Position numbers and translations under genes: made by a program. The notes under the pieces were generated by a model, which had not been told where the DNA came from, did not search any database, and worked only from the letters and a program-made list of their open reading frames with translations. A DNA stretch of 63,642 bases, counting the filler. It is 7 parts of 7 records of this genome, joined end to end, with 100 filler letters (N's around TTAATTAATTAA, not from the genome) between each part and the next. Parts side by side here need not be neighbours in the genome. Positions count along the whole stretch, not along the records: positions 54,584 to 63,642 come from DRR723986_22883; 6 more parts are not named here. One strand, written 5' to 3'. Numbering within the stretch: the stretch's first letter is position 1; every line of letters starts with the position of its first letter. Below are positions 58,682 through 63,642 of the stretch, in pieces.

Positions 58682-59395
58682 ATGACCGATGCGACCTCCG
58701 CCGTTCCGCTCTACCCGTCGACGACCAGCCAGAATGCCGCCCGGACAGGGGCTCTGGCCGCAGAAAACTCCGGCACGGAAAAGAAAATCAGTTCCGATTT
58801 CGAGACATTTCTGAAGATGCTGACGGTCCAGATGCAAAATCAGGACCCGCTCAACCCGGTGGATTCGACCGACTACGCCACGCAGTTGGCGACCTTTTCC
58901 TCGGTCGAACAACAGGTCCTCACCAATGATCTTCTGCGGGCGCTCTCGGCCCAGTTGACCGGGGAGGGCGCGCCGGGCTCCGGCCTTCAGTCGGTCGCCA
59001 GCTGGATCGGGATGGAGGCGATGTCAGAAGAGCCGGTGCAGTTCACCGGCGCGCCGGTCTCGATCCGCGCCGATTACCCTGCGGGAGCGGACAGCGCGAA
59101 ACTGCTTGTCCGCAACGCCAAGGGTGAGGACGTGCAAAGCTTTACCGTCGACGTCACGCAGAACGATCTTGTGTGGGGTGGGGCGGATGACACCGGGGCG
59201 TTGCTGCCGGAGGGCGAGTACAGCTTTCACATCACAAGCTACCGCGAATTTACCGAGATCGGCACCGAAGTGGCGCCCGTCTATCGTTCGATCGTCGGAG
59301 CCCGTGACAATGACGGGTCCGTATCCCTTACGATGAGCGATGGTACCGAAGTCTCGCCCGAGGATATCCTTGGCCTCCGGGCGCCGCAGGACTGA
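58682..59395 (+). CDS. flgD: Flagellar hook capping protein
   Basis: FLKMLTVQMQNQDPLNPVDSTDYATQLATFSSVEQ. Confidence 0.93.
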   Translation: MTDATSAVPLYPSTTSQNAARTGALAAENSGTEKKISSDFETFLKMLTVQMQNQDPLNPVDSTDYATQLATFSSVEQQVLTNDLLRALSAQLTGEGAPGSGLQSVASWIGMEAMSEEPVQFTGAPVSIRADYPAGADSAKLLVRNAKGEDVQSFTVDVTQNDLVWGGADDTGALLPEGEYSFHITSYREFTEIGTEVAPVYRSIVGARDNDGSVSLTMSDGTEVSPEDILGLRAPQD

Positions 59396-59628
59396 CCCGG
59401 CGACTGTACCAGTGGGGGCGTCGAGACGGCCCTTGGCCAGCGCAACCGGACGGGCGCCCCGCCCGGAGACTGCGTGTATAAGGCTGTTGCCATTTTGACG
59501 CGCCCCGTCGCATCGGCGCCCCGGAATGGCCACAGAGTCCAAGATCAGGTTTGATCGAAGGGGTGGATGCCTATAGGGTACAGCCTGTCGGGTGCTTTGC
59601 GCCCGGACTGTACAGTTTGGAGAAAACC

Positions 59629-59811
59629 ATGAAAAAGCTCTCGATCGTGGCTGCAGCCGCAGCGATCGCAGCTGCAGCAGCCGCCCCGGTGGCCGCTCAG
59701 GAAGCAAACGACCCGTTCGTTTCCACCCAGGTCAGCGCCGTTCCGGCTCTGGCGATCCTCGGTGGTATTGCAGTCATCGTTGCCGTTGCGGCATCTGACG
59801 GCACCAACTGA
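59629..59811 (+). CDS. Small (60 aa) exported protein with C-terminal hydrophobic helix
   Basis: GGAGA RBS; Ala-rich signal peptide; ALAILGGIAVIVAVAASD. Confidence 0.7.
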   Translation: MKKLSIVAAAAAIAAAAAAPVAAQEANDPFVSTQVSAVPALAILGGIAVIVAVAASDGTN

Positions 59812-59834
59812 TTTCGTTTGCCTATTGCGCTATT

Positions 59835-59864
59835 GGAAACGGCGGCCCCTTGGCCGCCGTTTTC
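59835..59864. terminator. Terminator hairpin
   Basis: GAAACGGCGGCC-cctt-GGCCGCCGTTTT between convergent genes. Confidence 0.7.
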
Positions 59865-59886
59865 ACGTTCAGAACCAGACCCTTGG

Positions 59887-61416
59887 TCAACCGACGATCC
59901 ATGGCGCGGCCAGGACAAGCCCGACGGCAAGGCCGCAGGCGCCCCATAGAATCCGTCCCGGCCATGGCGACGAGTCCCTTTCCGGCTGCGGCTGAGCTTG
60001 TCGGATCAACGCGGCCTCGACGAGGCCGGGCAAACGCGGACCGAAGCGGGCCATGACCAGCGCGGTTTTCCACAGGTCCGAGGCCGCCGCCCGGGGGCCG
60101 ATCGAGTCCTTGATATACGCCTCGACCACGGGTTTCGCGACATCCCAGATGTTCATCCGCGGATCGAGCGACCGGGCCACGCCTTCCACGACCACCATGG
60201 TCCGCTGCAGGAGGATGAGTTCCGTCCGCGTTTCCATCCCGAACCGCTCCGTCACCTCGAAGAGGTAGGACAGGAGTTTGGCCATGGAGATCCGGGTCGC
60301 ATCCATGCCGAAGATCGGCTCTCCGACGGCGCGCAGGGCGCGGGCGAACTCATCCACGTCTCGGTCGGCGGGGACATAGCCCGCTTCGAAATGCACCTCT
60401 GCCACGCGCTGATAGTCGCGACGAATGAAGCCGAAGAGGATCTCGGCATAGACCCGGCGCGTGTATTCGTCGATATGCCCCATGATGCCGAAATCATAGG
60501 CGATGATGTCGCCATTCGGCGCCACCTTCAGGTTCCCCTGATGCATGTCGGCGTGGAAGAAGCCGTCGCGCAGGGCGTGGTTCAGGAACAGTTGAAGCAC
60601 CCGTTCCGACAGAGCCACGCGATCGTGCCCAGCGGCATCTAGGGCGGCGTTGTCGCCCAGAGAAACCCCCTCGGCCCAGGACATCGTCATGACGCGCCGC
60701 CCGGAATAGGGCCAGCGGATCACCGGCAGGGCGAAGCCCTTGTCCTCTGCCGTGTTCGCGGCGAACTGACTGGCAGAGGCGGCTTCGAGCCGCAGGTCCA
60801 GCTCTCCCAACACGACGCCCTCGAAATGGGCGATCACGTCCCGGGGCCGCAGGCGGCGAGAGGCCGGGGACAGGGCCTCGATCGCGTTGGCGGCGAAGTA
60901 GAAGGCGTCGATATCGCGCCGAAAGGCGCGCTCGATGCCCGGACGCAGGACCTTGACCGCCACGTCGTCGCCGGTTTCGGCCAGCCGCGCGCGATGGACC
61001 TGCGCGATGGAGGCAGCGGCGACGGGCGGGCTGAACTCGGAGAAGACCTCTGCGATGGGCTGGCCCATCTCTGTTTCGACCTGGCGCTGGGCCTCTTCGA
61101 TGGAAAAGGGCGGCAGCTTGTCCTGAAGGACCCGCAGCTCCTGCGCCAGCTCGTCGCCGACCACGTCGGGGCGGGTCGACAGGATCTGGCCGAACTTGAT
61201 GTAGGCGGGGCCAAGCGCCTGAATGGCCCGAACGGCGGGCGGCAGGGACGGATCGCCCTTTTCGCCCAGCCACGCGAAGGGCCAGCCCAACACGCGGGCG
61301 GCCACGCGCAGGGCGGGCGGCGCCTCCATCGCGTTCAGAATCACGCCCATGGCGCCGGTGCGTTCCAGCGTGGCGCCCGTGCGGATCAGGCGCAGGATGT
61401 TGTGCGGCCCGCGCAC
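59887..61416 (-). CDS. ubiB: Ubiquinone biosynthesis regulatory kinase
   Basis: [45 protein letters not shown]. Confidence 0.95.
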   Translation of the reverse strand: MRGPHNILRLIRTGATLERTGAMGVILNAMEAPPALRVAARVLGWPFAWLGEKGDPSLPPAVRAIQALGPAYIKFGQILSTRPDVVGDELAQELRVLQDKLPPFSIEEAQRQVETEMGQPIAEVFSEFSPPVAAASIAQVHRARLAETGDDVAVKVLRPGIERAFRRDIDAFYFAANAIEALSPASRRLRPRDVIAHFEGVVLGELDLRLEAASASQFAANTAEDKGFALPVIRWPYSGRRVMTMSWAEGVSLGDNAALDAAGHDRVALSERVLQLFLNHALRDGFFHADMHQGNLKVAPNGDIIAYDFGIMGHIDEYTRRVYAEILFGFIRRDYQRVAEVHFEAGYVPADRDVDEFARALRAVGEPIFGMDATRISMAKLLSYLFEVTERFGMETRTELILLQRTMVVVEGVARSLDPRMNIWDVAKPVVEAYIKDSIGPRAAASDLWKTALVMARFGPRLPGLVEAALIRQAQPQPERDSSPWPGRILWGACGLAVGLVLAAPWIVG

Positions 61417-62169
61417 CTAGAGCTTCCAGCCCGAATGCAGACAGGCGACGCCCATCGTCAGGTTGCGGTACTTGGCATTCTCGAACCCCGCGCCGCGCAC
61501 CATGCCAAGGAAGCTGTCCTGATCCGGAAAACGGCGGATCGATTCTACCAGATATTGATAGGAGTCGCGGTCCCCGGCGATCATCTGCCCCATGCGCGGA
61601 ATGACGTTGAAGGAATAGAGATCGTAGGCCTTCTGCATCATGTCATTGGGAATATGGCTGAATTCCAGCACCATCAGCCGTCCGCCGGGCTTCAGCACGC
61701 GGTAGGCCTCGGCCAGCGCGACCTCGGGGCGGGTGACGTTCCGGATGCCGAAGGACACGGTGTAGACGTCAAAGCTGTTTTCGGCAAAGGGCAGGGCCAT
61801 GGCGTCGCCCACGACCCAATCGAGGGACTCGCCAAGCGCCTCGGCCTCGGCGCGCTTGCGGCCTTCGACCAGCATCGGCTCCGTCAGGTCGAGCACGGTG
61901 GCATGGCCCCGGCCCGCGCGCTTGAGAAAGCGGAACGAGATGTCGCCGGTCCCGCCCGCCACGTCCAGCAGCCGCTGGCCGGGCCGGGGCGCCAGCCAAT
62001 CCATCATCGCATCCTTCCAGATGCGGTGGATTCCCATGGACATGGCGTCGTTCATCACATCGTATTTCGAGGCGACAGAGCGGAAGACCCCCTGCACCCG
62101 CCCGGCCTTTTCGGCTTCGGGAACTTCGGCATAGCCGAAATGTGTCGTCTTTCCGGTCTCTTCGCTCAT
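61417..62169 (-). CDS. ubiE: Ubiquinone/menaquinone C-methyltransferase
   Basis: [46 protein letters not shown]. Confidence 0.96.
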   Translation of the reverse strand: MSEETGKTTHFGYAEVPEAEKAGRVQGVFRSVASKYDVMNDAMSMGIHRIWKDAMMDWLAPRPGQRLLDVAGGTGDISFRFLKRAGRGHATVLDLTEPMLVEGRKRAEAEALGESLDWVVGDAMALPFAENSFDVYTVSFGIRNVTRPEVALAEAYRVLKPGGRLMVLEFSHIPNDMMQKAYDLYSFNVIPRMGQMIAGDRDSYQYLVESIRRFPDQDSFLGMVRGAGFENAKYRNLTMGVACLHSGWKL

Positions 62170-62244
62170 GGCCCTTGCCGTTTTGTCCTGCGTGCCTTTC
62201 TTATAGGTCGCCCCGGCGCCGTTACAATGAGCAGGACCCGCCCC

Positions 62245-63096
62245 ATGCCCGAATTGCCCGAAGTAGAGACAGTCCGTCGCGGTCTGGCCCCCGTGATGGA
62301 GGGCGCGGTGATCGCGCGGGCGGCGGTGAACCGCCCCGATCTGCGCTGGCCCTTCCCGCCGGACATGGCTGCGCGGCTGACCGGCGCGCGGGTCGAGCGG
62401 CTGCGGCGGCGGTCGAAATACATCCTCGCCGACCTTTCGACGGGCGAGTCGCTGCTGATCCACCTTGGCATGTCGGGGCGGATGCTGGTCTCGGGCGACC
62501 CGCTGGGCGTCTTCGTGCACGAGCACCCGGCGCCCGAGAAGCACGACCACGTCGTCTTCGAGATGGACAATGGCGCGCGTGTGACCTTCAACGACCCGCG
62601 CCGCTTCGGCGCCATGGACCTGATGCCCACCGAAACGGCAGAGGGCCATCCGCTGCTTGCCTCTCTCGGGCCGGAACCCTTGGGCAACGCGTTCAGCGAA
62701 TCCCACCTCGTCGCGGCGCTGGAGGGGCGGAACATGCCGATGAAGGCGGCGCTTCTGGATCAGAAGATCGTCGCGGGATTGGGCAATATCTACGTCTGCG
62801 AGGCACTCTTCCGTTGCGGCATCCATCCCGCACGCAAGGCGGGCCGCGTGTCGGCGCGACGCGTGGCCGCACTGGTGCCGGTGATCCGCGAAGTCCTGAC
62901 AGAGGCCATCGCGGCGGGCGGCTCTTCCCTGCGGGATTTCCGGCAAGCCGATGGAGAGCTTGGATATTTCCAGCACAGCTTCGACGTCTACGGGCGCGAG
63001 GGCGCGCCCTGCCGGACTCCCGGATGCTCTCAGGTCATTCGCCGTCTGGTGCAGTCGGGACGGTCGTCGTTCTACTGTCCGGCGTGTCAAAGATAA
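62245..63096 (+). CDS. mutM: Formamidopyrimidine-DNA glycosylase
   Basis: [30 protein letters not shown]-terminal zinc finger. Confidence 0.97.
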   Translation: MPELPEVETVRRGLAPVMEGAVIARAAVNRPDLRWPFPPDMAARLTGARVERLRRRSKYILADLSTGESLLIHLGMSGRMLVSGDPLGVFVHEHPAPEKHDHVVFEMDNGARVTFNDPRRFGAMDLMPTETAEGHPLLASLGPEPLGNAFSESHLVAALEGRNMPMKAALLDQKIVAGLGNIYVCEALFRCGIHPARKAGRVSARRVAALVPVIREVLTEAIAAGGSSLRDFRQADGELGYFQHSFDVYGREGAPCRTPGCSQVIRRLVQSGRSSFYCPACQR

Positions 63097-63161
63097 TTTG
63101 ACCGACCGGACCAAGATGGTAAGGCTGGGCGACTGACGGAACCGGACGGAGCCCAGAACTC

Positions 63162-63642
63162 ATGGCCTATGAGACGATCATCGTCGAAGTAGAAGACCAC
63201 GTCGCCACCATCAAGCTGAACAGACCCGACGCGCTCAATGCCCTCAACTCCGAGTTGTTGGGTGAACTGGGTGCCGCGCTGGCAGAGGCCGACGGCAACG
63301 AGAAGGTGCGCTGCATCATCATCACGGGCTCGCCCAAGGCCTTCGCGGCGGGCGCGGACATCAAGGAGATGTCCGAAAAGTCCTATGTCGACATGTTCCT
63401 GTCGGACTTCTTCGGCAAGGAAGGTCAGGCGATCACCTCGACCCGCAAGCCGGTCATCGCCGCCGTCGCGGGCTACGCGCTGGGCGGCGGGTGCGAGCTT
63501 GCGATGATGTGCGACTTCATCATCGCCGCCGACACCGCCAAGTTCGGCCAGCCCGAGATCAACCTCGGCGTGATGCCGGGGCTGGGCGGGACGCAGCGAC
63601 TCACCCGCTTCATCGGCAAGTCCAAGGCGATGGACATGAACC
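63162..63642 (+). CDS. Enoyl-CoA hydratase, 3'-truncated
   Basis: [46 protein letters not shown]. Confidence 0.93.
   Translation, partial: MAYETIIVEVEDHVATIKLNRPDALNALNSELLGELGAALAEADGNEKVRCIIITGSPKAFAAGADIKEMSEKSYVDMFLSDFFGKEGQAITSTRKPVIAAVAGYALGGGCELAMMCDFIIAADTAKFGQPEINLGVMPGLGGTQRLTRFIGKSKAMDMN

Noticed and set aside
60826..63114. 756-aa and 565-aa ORFs suggesting N-terminally extended MutM and UbiE
   Set aside because: The extensions are antisense read-through of the neighbouring genes; canonical starts are 62245 (MPELPEVE) and 62169
1..63642. CRISPR arrays, tRNA/rRNA genes, transposases or integrases
   Set aside because: No regularly spaced repeat-spacer array, recognisable structural RNA or recombinase motif was seen

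Overview
The window is not one genome. It is seven metagenomic contigs joined by 100-nt spacers (N44-TTAATTAATTAA-N44) at 9076, 19639, 26643, 32114, 46330 and 54484. (1) 1-9075, Rhodobacteraceae-like: hemH, two L,D-transpeptidases, a CAP protein, an RNA methyltransferase, a Cache histidine kinase and formate dehydrogenase alpha. (2) 9176-19638, Roseibium/Stappiaceae-like: an Entner-Doudoroff cluster (pfkB, zwf, edd, eda, pgi) with three copies of a palindromic operator, interrupted by delta-class carbonic anhydrase, PilZ, PRC-barrel and CsbD genes. (3) 19739-26642, very GC-rich and probably eukaryotic: an apparent splice acceptor, then one >6.8-kb exon encoding 13 copies of a ~115-aa repeat, 6 Ig domains and 2 FN3 domains. 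(4) 26743-32113, Rhodobacteraceae-like: small accessory genes and an AT-rich Schlafen/AlbA_2 gene directly behind parE. (5) 32214-46329 and (6) 46430-54483, ~50% GC FCB-group-like bacterium or bacteria: a transglutaminase-like protein, a TonB-dependent receptor, a divergent GH38, a LytTR two-component pair whose 3' end is duplicated synonymously around a mini-insert, pdxJ, an FAD oxidoreductase/MnmM-like methyltransferase/S4 operon, an M14 peptidase, and an ECF sigma factor with a probable envelope-spanning anti-sigma factor. (7) 54584-63642, Rhodobacteraceae-like: flagellin, flgN, flgJ, fliK, flgD, ubiB, ubiE, mutM and an enoyl-CoA hydratase. All family and taxon calls come from motif recognition by eye; no searches were run.
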